Below, piece by piece: positions 1-9,696 of a DNA stretch of 64,000 bases. A model generated the notes under the pieces. That model was not told the origin of the DNA. It did not search any database and saw nothing but the letters and a program-made list of their open reading frames with translations. Within the stretch, counting starts at the first letter, position 1, and the number at the start of each line of letters is the position of its first letter. This DNA comes from Candidatus Multivoradales bacterium (GTDB lineage: Bacteria; Acidobacteriota; Thermoanaerobaculia; Multivoradales; JAHEKO01). A program made the position numbers and the translations under genes. The stretch spans positions 1,888,001-1,952,000 of the forward strand of contig CBDCXM010000009.1 of assembly GCA_965223855.1 (NCBI GenBank), written 5' to 3'.

Positions 1-2041
1 TGCCGAGAGCGTAGAGGAAGGCGAGGTGGGTATAGCTCTCCAACTGGTCGGGAAAGCGTTCGATCTCGCCGCGAAACGCGCTCTCCGCCTCTTCGAGCCG
101 ATCGAGCTCGGCCAGCGCCCTGCCGCGGATGAAATCGACCCCGCGCAGGATCTCGGCGTTCTCGGGGTCCTCGACGCCGGCGAACGCCCGGTCGGCGAAG
201 TCGAGCGCCTCGGCGGCCCGTCCCTGCGCCAGTCGGAGCTCCGCGGCCGTGATGAGCGGACTGACCCGGCTGCCGCGCTGTTCGAGAAGTCGATCGATCA
301 GTTCTTCTGCCGCTTCCAAGTTGCCCAGCCGGAGCTGAGCTTGCGCTGTCACGTCGAGTGCGATCGGCATCCCTTCGCCGGCGAGCTCGGCGTGGGCGAG
401 GGCATCCTCGAACCGGCCCAGTCGAAGCAGGGTGCTGGCGATCGGGATGGCGGCGTGGGGCGGCCGGCCGCCGAGCTCGAACGCCTGCCGGTAGGCGGTC
501 AGCGCCTCCTCCGGCCGGCCCTCGGCGAGGCGGGCGTCTCCCAGATACTTCCAGGCATCGACGAGTCGCGGCTCTTCCCGGGCGACCGTTTCGATCAGCC
601 TTGAAGCTTCGGCGGTGCGGCCGGCGGTGAGTGCGCGAACCCCCTCGGCCAGCGCTTCCAGGACATGGACGCGGCTCTTGGGATCGGGGAGGGCTCCTTC
701 GAGGATGTCGGGCGCGGCGCCGACGTAGCCGAGAGCGGCGAGCTGGCGCAGCGTCTCCTCGTCTTCGCTGCCGGGCGGCGCGAGTTCGCGGTCGATCGCG
801 TCGAGGGCCTTGCGCAGCTGGGTCGTCCTCTGGCGACGCTCGCGGACGAGGTTGCGCGTCTGTCCCGGATCGTTCGACAGGTCGTAGAGTTCCGGATCGG
901 GCCCATGGATGTACTGCTCGGGATAGCGGACGATCGAGGCGAGGTCGTTCCAGCCGAAGTGGAGGCGCGGGAAGAAGGTCTCGGCGTAGATGTCGCGACT
1001 CGCCGCGCCGTCCTCCAGGCGGAGCAGTGAGGTTCCTGCCTGCGGTGCATCCTTGGTGTCGCCGTCGTCGAGTCCCAGCACCTCCAACACGGTCGGCAGG
1101 ATGTCGATGTGTTGCGAGGGTGCGTCGACCGTCTCGCCCGCCCGCCGGTTGCCGGGCAGCTTGACCAGCAGCGGCACCTGAAGTGCCTCCCGGTAGAGGA
1201 ACGGCCCGTGCTCGAGGTAGCCGTGTTCTCCGAGTCCCTCGCCATGGTCGGAGGTGAGGAGGATGAACGAGTCTTCGTAGACTCCCAGACTCCGAAGCTC
1301 CTCGAGGAGAGCGCCGACCACCGCATCGGCGGCCGCTACCTCGCCGTCGTAGGCCGATTCGTAGCGGGAACGGTAAGGCTCCGGCGGGCTGAACGGCGTG
1401 TGCGGCTCGTAGAGGTGGAAGAAGAGGAAGAACGGGCCGTCCGCCGCGTCCGCGAGCCACGGCAGGGTCCGCTCCAGCGTCTCCATCCCCGACCGTTGGA
1501 CCCTTCCGAGATCGTCCGACTCCCAACCCTGAGCGATCTGATCCTCGAAGAAGTCGAAGTCGCTGGAGATTCCGCTCGCACCGCGCAGGACGAAGGAAGA
1601 GACGGCGGCTCCGGTCGCGTAGCCGTGCTCGCGGAGGATCCGGGGCAGGTAGGGGATCCCCTGCGGGTCGAACGGATAGCCGACGTTGTCTCTCACACCG
1701 TGGTCGGGCGGCAGCGCTCCCGTCAGCATCGACGCGTGGCTCGGCAGCGTCAGCGGAATGTGGCTGTAGGCGTGCCGGTACAGGATCGCGTCGGCGCGGA
1801 AACGGTCGAGGTGAGGGGTGTCGACCTCCTCGTAGCCGTAAGCCGGAAGCCGGTCGGATCTCAGCGTGTCGATCGAGATCAGGACGACCGGCGGGCGACC
1901 CCGCTCCGTGCCGATGCGGTCGGATTCGGGTACAGAGTCGCCGCCGCAGCCGACGAGTCCTGCCGCCAGCAGAATGCCGACAGCGGCAGCGACCGCCGGA
2001 CGGACCACGCTCCTGCCCGCGCCGGCAGCGGGTTCAAGCAT
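1..2041 (-). CDS. Sulfatase-fold (alkaline phosphatase superfamily) lipoprotein with C-terminal TPRs; 3' end runs off the window
   Basis: Manual translation from ATG 2041: MLEPAAGAGRSVVRPAVAAAVGILLAAGLVGC (lipobox), VVLISIDTLRSD, HAYSHIPLTLPSHASMLTG, FFFHLYEPH, SDHGEGLGEHG. Absent from the ORF track, consistent with no stop before the window edge. Confidence 0.85.
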   Translation of the reverse strand, partial: MLEPAAGAGRSVVRPAVAAAVGILLAAGLVGCGGDSVPESDRIGTERGRPPVVLISIDTLRSDRLPAYGYEEVDTPHLDRFRADAILYRHAYSHIPLTLPSHASMLTGALPPDHGVRDNVGYPFDPQGIPYLPRILREHGYATGAAVSSFVLRGASGISSDFDFFEDQIAQGWESDDLGRVQRSGMETLERTLPWLADAADGPFFLFFHLYEPHTPFSPPEPYRSRYESAYDGEVAAADAVVGALLEELRSLGVYEDSFILLTSDHGEGLGEHGYLEHGPFLYREALQVPLLVKLPGNRRAGETVDAPSQHIDILPTVLEVLGLDDGDTKDAPQAGTSLLRLEDGAASRDIYAETFFPRLHFGWNDLASIVRYPEQYIHGPDPELYDLSNDPGQTRNLVRERRQRTTQLRKALDAIDRELAPPGSEDEETLRQLAALGYVGAAPDILEGALPDPKSRVHVLEALAEGVRALTAGRTAEASRLIETVAREEPRLVDAWKYLGDARLAEGRPEEALTAYRQAFELGGRPPHAAIPIASTLLRLGRFEDALAHAELAGEGMPIALDVTAQAQLRLGNLEAAEELIDRLLEQRGSRVSPLITAAELRLAQGRAAEALDFADRAFAGVEDPENAEILRGVDFIRGRALAELDRLEEAESAFRGEIERFPDQLESYTHLAFLYALG

Positions 2042-2067
2042 CGTGCGAACCCTCGAAGACCGCGCGG

Positions 2068-3207
2068 TCAGCTGCCCGATTCGAGGAACGCGAGGAAGTC
2101 GCGAGCCTCCTGCGCCCGCTCCCCTTCGGGATCGAGCTCCAGGAGCTTGTTGAGGTCCGCCGCAGCCTGCTCGTTGGCACCCTTGCTCAGATGCACCAGC
2201 CCCCGGTAGTAGTAGACGTCGGCGAGAGCCGGATTGTCCTCGACGGCGCGATCGAAGAGCGAGAGCGCCTCGTCCATCTCGTTCTCGTTGTAGTGCCGGA
2301 TGCCCATGTTGAGGAGCATGTCGGCGGGGAGCTTCGTCCCCTCCGGAAGTTGCGCCAGATAGGCCTGCGCTTCCTCCTCGCGTCCCTCCCTGGAGAGGAG
2401 GTCGGCGATCACCTGCAGGATGGCGGGATCGCCCGGTGTGGCCTCTAGGGCCCGCTCGAGAAGCGCCACCGCCTCGGAGCGTCGGTCGACCTGGTCGTAG
2501 GCGCGCGCCATCGCCATCAGCACCTGGGAGCTGCCGTCGGCGCCGAGCAACGGCAGGGTGTCTTCGTAGGCGGTCATCGCCTCGTCCAGGAGCCCTTCGC
2601 GCTGGTAGCTCGAGGCGAGCTGCAGCCGCACTGCGACCTGTTCCGCCGGCGGGATGACCGGAATGGCCATCTGGTACTGCTCCCGCGCCGCGACGTAGTT
2701 GCCCTCTTCCAGGTAGGTGTCGCCGATGCGGGTGCGCAGCCTGGCCGCGCCTTCCTCGTTCATGTTCGGCAGCGCCCGCTCGTACTCGGCACGGGCCTCT
2801 GCATACTGACCGGCTTCGAGCATCGCCTCGGCCTCGTTGATGAAGGCGTAGGGATCGGGCGTGAGCGCCACGGTCACCGGCTTGGAGGCGCTGAACTCGT
2901 TGACGCGGACCGAGCCCTGCGACGGAAGATAGCCCTCCGTGTCGATGAGGACGTTCCACAGGCCCCCCTTGAGGCCTCCGACGACCCACCGGCCCTTCTT
3001 GTCCGTCCGGGTCGCTTCCGGGCCTTTGCCGTCTGCATCGACGCCGGGCTGGCGCATGCGGATCAGTACGCCCTCCATCGGCTCGCCCTTTTCATTGTTG
3101 ACGACGCCCTGAGCCCTGCCCTTGCCGGTCCAGTCCTGGGCGACCGCGGGGACGGCGACGAGAAGAGCGACGGCTACGAGCAGAGACGATACGGATCGAA
3201 GGAGCAT
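2068..3207 (-). CDS. Exported TPR protein with N-terminal carboxypeptidase-regulatory-like domain
   Basis: Signal peptide (MLLRSVSSLLVAVALLVAVPAVAQ), G-x-V-N-NEKGEP...TDKKGRW motif, multiple TPRs; ATG 3207 preceded by AGAGGA. Confidence 0.8.
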   Translation of the reverse strand: MLLRSVSSLLVAVALLVAVPAVAQDWTGKGRAQGVVNNEKGEPMEGVLIRMRQPGVDADGKGPEATRTDKKGRWVVGGLKGGLWNVLIDTEGYLPSQGSVRVNEFSASKPVTVALTPDPYAFINEAEAMLEAGQYAEARAEYERALPNMNEEGAARLRTRIGDTYLEEGNYVAAREQYQMAIPVIPPAEQVAVRLQLASSYQREGLLDEAMTAYEDTLPLLGADGSSQVLMAMARAYDQVDRRSEAVALLERALEATPGDPAILQVIADLLSREGREEEAQAYLAQLPEGTKLPADMLLNMGIRHYNENEMDEALSLFDRAVEDNPALADVYYYRGLVHLSKGANEQAAADLNKLLELDPEGERAQEARDFLAFLESGS

Positions 3208-3480
3208 TGGAGTTCCTCTTGGGACATGAGCTCTTGAGACAGCGTGCTCTCGAGACAAGGGCTCTTGGTAGCGATTGGCGTTGAGTTCTCGGGAACCCGG
3301 CTCGCCGGAGAGCGACGGTGGATGGCCGGGGACGGCCGCTGCCGGGGACGTTCGAGCTGGCCGGGCCAGCCGGGCGCTCTCGATTGTAACAGCAGCGGCG
3401 ATCCGGGCATGCCCAGGCGATCGGGTCCGGACGACGCGCGATCGCTCCGGGGGCCGCGTCCTGCGGCCGTCTTTCGGAGC

Positions 3481-3513
3481 AAGAAAAAAGCCGGGGGGTT
3501 GCCCCCCCGGCTT
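3481..3513 (-). terminator. Rho-independent terminator of the TonB receptor gene
   Basis: Minus strand reads AAGCCGGGGGG-GCAA-CCCCCCGGCTT followed by a T-rich tract, about 30 bp after the stop at 3546. Confidence 0.85.
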
Positions 3514-3545
3514 CGGATCACTTCGCTAACGAAGTGGGAACCGGC

Positions 3546-6536
3546 TTACCGCCAGTTCACCCGGACGCCGAAGCGGTAGATGCGCGGCGACAGGGTCTCC
3601 GTGAGGTTGTCCGCAGTCGAGGCGTCGAGACGACGGCGACGCTGCAGGACAGTGGTCTCGTCGAGCACGTTGAAAATGTCGATCGAGGCCGAGAAACCGA
3701 CGTTACCGGTCGACGCGAACTCCTTCTCGAGTCGCAGGTCGAACGTGGTGATGTCGGGGGCGCGGAACGAATCCAGATTGGACGTGACCTGAACGTCACG
3801 GCTGAGGCCGTCCGCCGGGCGCACGTTGTCGTAGTACGGCAGCGGAGTGCCCTCACGACTGTACAGGTTACCGGCGACGTTGAAGCCCCACGGCTGGTCC
3901 GGAGCAACCTGGTACATACCGTTCAGGTTGAACTGGAAGCCGCTCTCGAGGAAGACGTCCTGCTTGGCGCCAGAACCGGCAGCCTGGACAGCGAAGAGAC
4001 CACCCTCGTTGTCGAAGCCACCCTCTTCGTCAGTGGGATCGTAGTTGGCGATGTAGCTCGAGCCAAGGCTGTAGGTGCCCTCACCGGAGGTGAAGTAACC
4101 ACGCAGCATCCACTGGTTGGAGAGGCGCTTGGTGAAGTTGACGCTGATCCCCTCGTACTCCACCGAACGGTCGGTGTTCTCGAGGAGGGTGCCGCCCGTA
4201 CGGGAACCCGCGGGAAGCGAGTAGTACGGGGCGCTGTACGGCGTGCCGTCCGGCAGGATGCCGTTCAGCGTGCCGGCGAGCTCGTAGTCGGCCGCCGTCG
4301 AAGGACGGGGACCGTTGCCGAGGTCGATCATCTCGCGAGTGCCGAGAAGGTCATCGGTCTCACGCAGGGTGACCGTCGCACCGGCGACGAACTCAGGCGC
4401 GAAGGCGTGCTCGACGCCAACGATGAGCTCGGTGATCATCGACGGATCCAGACCCGGGTCCGTGACGTTCACGCTCTCGATGGAGGTCGGGTCCGAAGGA
4501 TCGAAACCGACGTTGCCGGCGAAGAGAAGGTCCGACTCGTTGAAGTCGTCCCAGATGCCGTTGCCGTTGACGTCATCGAAGATGAACGTGGCGTAGGCAC
4601 GGCCGGCGGGGTTGGTGCGGTTGATGTTGGCCGTCGACAGCTGCTCCGGGAACTGCGAGAAGCTACCGCGGAGAAGCGTCTTGCGCTCCTCACCGAGGGC
4701 GTAGGTCACACCAACGCGCGGGGTGATGGTCGACCACTCGAACGGAGCGGCCGCACCCGGGTACGAGAACGCCGGGAGGATGTTCGGAACCTCGACCGCG
4801 GCCGGGACCGAAGCAGGCAGGTTCTCACCGTCCTGGAGGTCGTAGCGCAGGCCGACGTTGACCGTCAGGTTGCCCGTGGAGATCGTGTCCTGCACCCACG
4901 CCGACTGGTAGGACGTCGTGTTGGGCGGGCCATCGATACCGCGGAAGTGCACGGTCAGCGGAACACCGAAGAAGTTCTCGTTGATGTGGAAGAGATCACG
5001 GCCCGGCCAGAAGAAGTCGGAGCGCTGGTCGAAGTCACGCTGACGAGCACCGAACTTGATCTCGTGGCCGGCGTTGCCGGTGTTGAAGAAGTAGGAGCCG
5101 TCGATCTTGACTTCCTCGGACGGGCGGCTGGAGCTACCCGAGAGGTAGCTGCCACCCCAGCTCTCCGCGGTCCAGAAGGTCTCGGGAGCCGCGGTGATGG
5201 AACCCGCGCCGATGACCGCCTTGGACGTCAGCGAGAAACCGCCGTCGACCTTCGACAGGGTACCGCCGATGAAGAAGTTGGAGTTCACGACGTGCGTGTC
5301 CTCGAACTTGATGATGGCGGACGGACCACGCTGATCCCACGTCGTGGGCTGCGGGCGCGTCGGGCCGGCGTTACGGCCGAACTTCTTCTTGTCGCCGTTG
5401 TTCCACGAACCGGTGAACGAGTTCGAGCTGCCGAGCTGACCGTTGATCTTCAGCGCGGTGTTCTCGAGGATCGTGTCATCAGCCTGGACGGCGTCGGGCG
5501 AAGCAGCACCAGTGCGGTTCTTGATGTCGTTCGAACCGAACGAACCCCAGAACCACAGCTTGTCCTTGACGGCGGGGCCACCGGCCTCGAAACCGTACTC
5601 CTGGACCTGGTTGATGGTGTTGCCGATGAAGCGCGTCTGCGGCGCGCCCTGCGGCGAGCCGGTGCCGTCGCCGGTGTTACCGACGTTGTCGCCGCCAAGA
5701 ATGCCGCTCGAGGCGTTGAAGTCCGGCACGTTCTGCTCCAGGGCACCGTTGAAGAAGTTGTCATCGGTGCGGAGGAACCGGGCGCTGCCACGGAACTCGT
5801 TGGTGCCGCGCTTCGTCACGAGGTTCACGGAGACGCCGGCGTTCGACTTGGTGACGTCGGTGCCGCCGGTGGTGAACTGCATCTCGGTGAACTGGTCGAA
5901 GTCGTAGTACGTCGCCGAAGCGCCGACTGCGGCCATGTCGGTGGTCTCGACACCGTCGATGAGGAAAGCGTTCTCATCGTCGCCGACGCCGGGGCCGGTG
6001 AAGGTGGACTGCTGCCCACTCTCGTTACCGCCGACGTTGATGCGATCGACCATGACGCCCGGGGTCTGAGAAAGCACAGACCAGGGGTCGCGGGCCGTCG
6101 GGATCTTCTCGAGCTCGACCTGACTGATCGTTGTACCGGTGGTGAGCTTACGCTCGTCGAGGAGCGGGCTCTCCGAGGTGACGGTGATCGTCTCCTCGAC
6201 GGCCGGGGACATCGACAGTTCGATGGTCGTGTTGAGACCGACACGAATGTTGACGTTGGGATACTCGATGGTCGAGAAACCCTCGAGCTCCGAAGTGAGC
6301 TGGACGTTACCGGGGTCGATCGCCAGGAAGCGAGTCTGACCGTTTCCGTCGGTGACCTGGACACGCGGCGCGCCTGCGCCAGTCATCGTCACCGTAACGC
6401 CCGGCAGGGGAGCACCCTCGTTGTCCACGGCGCGGACGTAGAGGTTACCCGTAGCCGACTGTGCCGACACCATACCGACGGTGCCGAGCAGCAGGACAAA
6501 GCCCGCGGCCACGATCTGCCATTTACTGCGATTCAT
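3546..6536 (-). CDS. TonB-dependent receptor, Oar-like, with N-terminal carboxypeptidase-regulatory-like domain
   Basis: Signal peptide, EETITVT TonB-box-like segment, plug motifs (IPTARDPW, NLVTKRGTN), barrel strands, C-terminal PRIYRFGVRVNW; RBS AAGGAGG before ATG 6536. Confidence 0.92.
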   Translation of the reverse strand: MNRSKWQIVAAGFVLLLGTVGMVSAQSATGNLYVRAVDNEGAPLPGVTVTMTGAGAPRVQVTDGNGQTRFLAIDPGNVQLTSELEGFSTIEYPNVNIRVGLNTTIELSMSPAVEETITVTSESPLLDERKLTTGTTISQVELEKIPTARDPWSVLSQTPGVMVDRINVGGNESGQQSTFTGPGVGDDENAFLIDGVETTDMAAVGASATYYDFDQFTEMQFTTGGTDVTKSNAGVSVNLVTKRGTNEFRGSARFLRTDDNFFNGALEQNVPDFNASSGILGGDNVGNTGDGTGSPQGAPQTRFIGNTINQVQEYGFEAGGPAVKDKLWFWGSFGSNDIKNRTGAASPDAVQADDTILENTALKINGQLGSSNSFTGSWNNGDKKKFGRNAGPTRPQPTTWDQRGPSAIIKFEDTHVVNSNFFIGGTLSKVDGGFSLTSKAVIGAGSITAAPETFWTAESWGGSYLSGSSSRPSEEVKIDGSYFFNTGNAGHEIKFGARQRDFDQRSDFFWPGRDLFHINENFFGVPLTVHFRGIDGPPNTTSYQSAWVQDTISTGNLTVNVGLRYDLQDGENLPASVPAAVEVPNILPAFSYPGAAAPFEWSTITPRVGVTYALGEERKTLLRGSFSQFPEQLSTANINRTNPAGRAYATFIFDDVNGNGIWDDFNESDLLFAGNVGFDPSDPTSIESVNVTDPGLDPSMITELIVGVEHAFAPEFVAGATVTLRETDDLLGTREMIDLGNGPRPSTAADYELAGTLNGILPDGTPYSAPYYSLPAGSRTGGTLLENTDRSVEYEGISVNFTKRLSNQWMLRGYFTSGEGTYSLGSSYIANYDPTDEEGGFDNEGGLFAVQAAGSGAKQDVFLESGFQFNLNGMYQVAPDQPWGFNVAGNLYSREGTPLPYYDNVRPADGLSRDVQVTSNLDSFRAPDITTFDLRLEKEFASTGNVGFSASIDIFNVLDETTVLQRRRRLDASTADNLTETLSPRIYRFGVRVNWR

Positions 6537-6714
6537 ACACAAACCTCCTTGTTTGTGAACGATGGAAACTCCGACAGTCGGAGTTCCACGCTTCTTACTT
6601 GGTTGCTGGATACGCTGAGGCCGAGCCGCATCGCCGAAGGCGAATGCGACGTTCCTGTGTCCGTCTCGCTACGGAGAGGCAGCGCGACGACACTCCAAAC
6701 CCGGCTTGCAGCGA

Positions 6715-6743
6715 AGCTTACAAATCCCACACCCCTAGGTCAA
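6715..6743 (-). promoter_or_regulatory. sigma70-type promoter for the TonB receptor
   Basis: Minus strand TTGACC-17 bp-TAAGCT. Confidence 0.6.
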
Positions 6744-7072
6744 GCAAGGGGGTTGCCAACTCGGCCGCTGGTGACTGGGGGCGAGAGCACCCAATGACTA
6801 GCTGGATAATCACTCGGCGCGATGGCGATCGGGGCCGTCCCGGGCAGGCCGGGATGCGGCAGTTTGGAGGCTGGAGTTCAATGCGTTGAATTCGCGGGCG
6901 CCCACCGCCCATCCCGGAAGCGACGACAGGCGTACCCACAAGGGATCGAACCGGAGGCTGGAATGTCGATCGGGCGGGCAGACGTTTTGCAGAGGTTAGG
7001 CTACAGACTCGACCACTACGGGCGGCCCGCGCTACCGGGGTCGGCCGAGAGGGACAACTTGTTGGAGGTCAG

Positions 7073-8218
7073 ATGAGTTCAGCGCGGTTCGCGGCGTGGA
7101 GGCCGTCGGCGGTGGTTGCCGTGGCGGCGATGACCGTTGCAGCGGGAGGTTGTTCGCAGTACCAGCCCTTCGATTCGAGGGCGCATGTCGTGTCCGATCT
7201 CGAGAGCCGCATTCCGGCCGAGCTCGCGGGATACGTCGAGGTTCCGTACTTCCTCGAGGAGGAGGCGAAGGTCGAGATCCGGGCCGAGCTCAACCCGACC
7301 GGGAGCGAGCGGCGGCGCACCGAGGAGATCGTCGACTACATCTTCAGCGGTATCGAGCTCGAGTACTCGCTCAACCCGACGCGGAACGCGACCGACACCT
7401 ACCGCGCTCGCCAGGGGAACTGCCTCTCGTTCGTCAACCTGTTCGTCGCCATGGCGCGGCTGCAGCGCCTCAACCCGTTCTACGTCGAGGTCGAGGACTA
7501 CCAGCGCTGGCACTACTCGGACGGTGTGGTCGTCAGTCGCGGGCACATCGTCGCCGGGATGACCGTCGACGGCGAACTGTCGACCTTCGATTTTCTGCCC
7601 TACCGCACCAAGGGCTACCGGGACTTCGAGCCGATCGACGACCTGATGGCGATGGCGCACTACTACAACAACCTCGGCGCCGAGGCGCTGATGGTGGGTG
7701 ACCTGCCGCGCGCGGAGCCGAATCTCAGGATCGCGACGACGCTCGCTCCCGATTTCGAGAAGGCCGTCAACAATCTCGGGGTCGTCTATCTGCGGCAGGG
7801 ACGCGCCGACAAGGCGCTCGAGCTCTACGAGGACGCCCTCGAACTGCACCCCGGCAACGTGCCGCTCCTGACCAACCTCGCCCGCGCCTACCAGGACCTC
7901 GGCCGCGGGGACGAGGCGATCGCCGTGATGGCCCAGATCGAGGACGTCAACCTCAGCAACCCCTTCTTCTTCGTCTATCGCGGCGAGCTCGCGCTGGGGA
8001 TGGGCGAGACGGCCGAGGCGCTCGACTACATGCGCCGGGCGCTCAAGATCGACAGCGAGCAGCCCGAGGTGCACGTCGGGCTTCTCAAGGTGTTCCTCGC
8101 CCTCGGAGACATGTCGAAAGCGCGCCACCATCTCCAGCGGGCTCTGCGGCTCGACGCGACGCACGACGAGGCACGCAAGTACGCCGCGATGCTCTCGGCG
8201 GGGGCCACCGGCCCGTGA
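7073..8218 (+). CDS. Transglutaminase-like domain plus TPR lipoprotein
   Basis: Lipobox AGGC; GNCLSF, GHIV and FDF give a candidate Cys-His-Asp triad; C-terminal TPRs (YYNNLG, AVNNLG). Confidence 0.8.
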   Translation: MSSARFAAWRPSAVVAVAAMTVAAGGCSQYQPFDSRAHVVSDLESRIPAELAGYVEVPYFLEEEAKVEIRAELNPTGSERRRTEEIVDYIFSGIELEYSLNPTRNATDTYRARQGNCLSFVNLFVAMARLQRLNPFYVEVEDYQRWHYSDGVVVSRGHIVAGMTVDGELSTFDFLPYRTKGYRDFEPIDDLMAMAHYYNNLGAEALMVGDLPRAEPNLRIATTLAPDFEKAVNNLGVVYLRQGRADKALELYEDALELHPGNVPLLTNLARAYQDLGRGDEAIAVMAQIEDVNLSNPFFFVYRGELALGMGETAEALDYMRRALKIDSEQPEVHVGLLKVFLALGDMSKARHHLQRALRLDATHDEARKYAAMLSAGATGP

Positions 8219-9693
8219 CGCGGCGTCGCGTGCGTGCCTTCACACGGGCTTTCGGCGCGGTGCTGGCGCTGATCGTGGCGCTCCCGGCGGGCGCCGCCGA
8301 ACTCTCGCCGTCGGAAGGCTACGGCCTGGTGGCCGATCTCCTCTCGCTCGACGGCAAGGTTCGCAAGGCGGCCGCGGACCGTCTCGTCGAGAGCGGCGAT
8401 CTTTCACTCGTCGCCGGCATCGTCGACGCGATCTTCTTCTCGCCCCGGTCCGCACGCGGCGAGCTCTATCGCGCTCTCGAGGGGATGACCGGCGAGGCGA
8501 TCGAGGGCTACCACGACTGGATCGAGTGGGTCGGCGCCCATGACGAGATCGACCCGAAGCCCGGCTACGGAGAGTGGAAGCAGATCCTCTTCTCCCGCAT
8601 CGACGAGGGGTACCGGGCGATCTTCGGCCCCGGAACGGTGTCCCGGATCCGGCTGGAAGAGATTCTCTCCGGCGGGGTCGGTGTGGCGGGGATTCCGTCG
8701 CTCGACCATCCGCCGACGATGCCGGCGGCCGAGGCCGGCTACCTGAAGAAGGACGAGCTGGTCTTCGGCATCGAGATCGGCGACCAGGCGCGGGCGTACC
8801 CGGTGCGGTTCCTCTCCTGGCACGAGATGTCGAACGACGTCGTCGGAGGTGAGCCGATCACGCTCTCCTTCTGCACGCTTTGCGGCTCGGGGATCGTCTA
8901 CTCCGGCCGACATCCGACGCTCGGCACGCTCACCTTCGACACCTCAGGGCTCCTCTACCGCAGCAACAAGCTGATGCTCGACCGTGAGCACGGATCGCTG
9001 TGGAGCAACCTGACCGGTGAGCCGGTGGTCGGCGAGCTCGCCAGATCGGCCGGGCCGCTCGAAGTGCTGCCGTCGACGCTCACCACCTGGTCGGCCTGGG
9101 TGGAGCGCCATCCCGACACCGACGTCCTCGACCTCAACGCGATCGAGAAGCAGGTGAGGCCGGAGTACGGCTTCCGCTACGTGCCGGGGGCGGCCGATCG
9201 GGCACGCTCCGGCGTCGCCTTCCCGGTGTGGCGCAAGAACGATCGGCTGGAACGCAATGCCGAGGTCTATGCGCTTCGCTGGAACGGCGTCGCCAAGGCC
9301 TATCCGCTGGAGGTCGTCTTCGACGAACGCGTCGTGAACGACGTGCTCGGCGGGAGCGGCCTCGTGCTCGTCGGCGACCGTGAGGCCGGCGCGATCCGGG
9401 CCTTCGAGCGCGGCGAGAAACGCTTCTCGGTCGATGGAGATGGAGCGCTCGTCGACGAGGCGGGCGGACGCTGGGAGGTCCTGGAAGATCGTCTGCAGCT
9501 CATCGGAGCCGACACGCGGCTGCCGAGGCTGCCCGGACACGTCGCCTTCTGGTTCGGCTGGTACGCCTTCTACCCGAAGACCGAGCTCTACGAAGGGGCG
9601 GACGAGTCGACTGTTAGCATTCGCGGCACCCAGGCGGAGGAACGCCGGGTGTCGTCGCAACCCCAACCCCGCTCAGAAGCGGGCCGGAGGTAG
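8215..9693 (+). CDS. DUF3179 domain-containing exported protein
   Basis: GIPSLDHP, ARAYP..L.WHE..ND, FCTLCGSG, SGLLYRSN, WFGW motifs; GTGA overlap with the upstream gene. Confidence 0.85.
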   Translation: MTRRRVRAFTRAFGAVLALIVALPAGAAELSPSEGYGLVADLLSLDGKVRKAAADRLVESGDLSLVAGIVDAIFFSPRSARGELYRALEGMTGEAIEGYHDWIEWVGAHDEIDPKPGYGEWKQILFSRIDEGYRAIFGPGTVSRIRLEEILSGGVGVAGIPSLDHPPTMPAAEAGYLKKDELVFGIEIGDQARAYPVRFLSWHEMSNDVVGGEPITLSFCTLCGSGIVYSGRHPTLGTLTFDTSGLLYRSNKLMLDREHGSLWSNLTGEPVVGELARSAGPLEVLPSTLTTWSAWVERHPDTDVLDLNAIEKQVRPEYGFRYVPGAADRARSGVAFPVWRKNDRLERNAEVYALRWNGVAKAYPLEVVFDERVVNDVLGGSGLVLVGDREAGAIRAFERGEKRFSVDGDGALVDEAGGRWEVLEDRLQLIGADTRLPRLPGHVAFWFGWYAFYPKTELYEGADESTVSIRGTQAEERRVSSQPQPRSEAGRR

Positions 9694-9696
9694 GAA

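Noticed and set aside
3534-6797. 1087-aa plus-strand ORF
   Set aside because: Codon-register shadow of the TonB receptor; no motifs; such open antisense frames are expected at high GC
8215-9693. Selenoprotein form of DUF3179
   Set aside because: The motif is CTLC and the frame has no internal TGA
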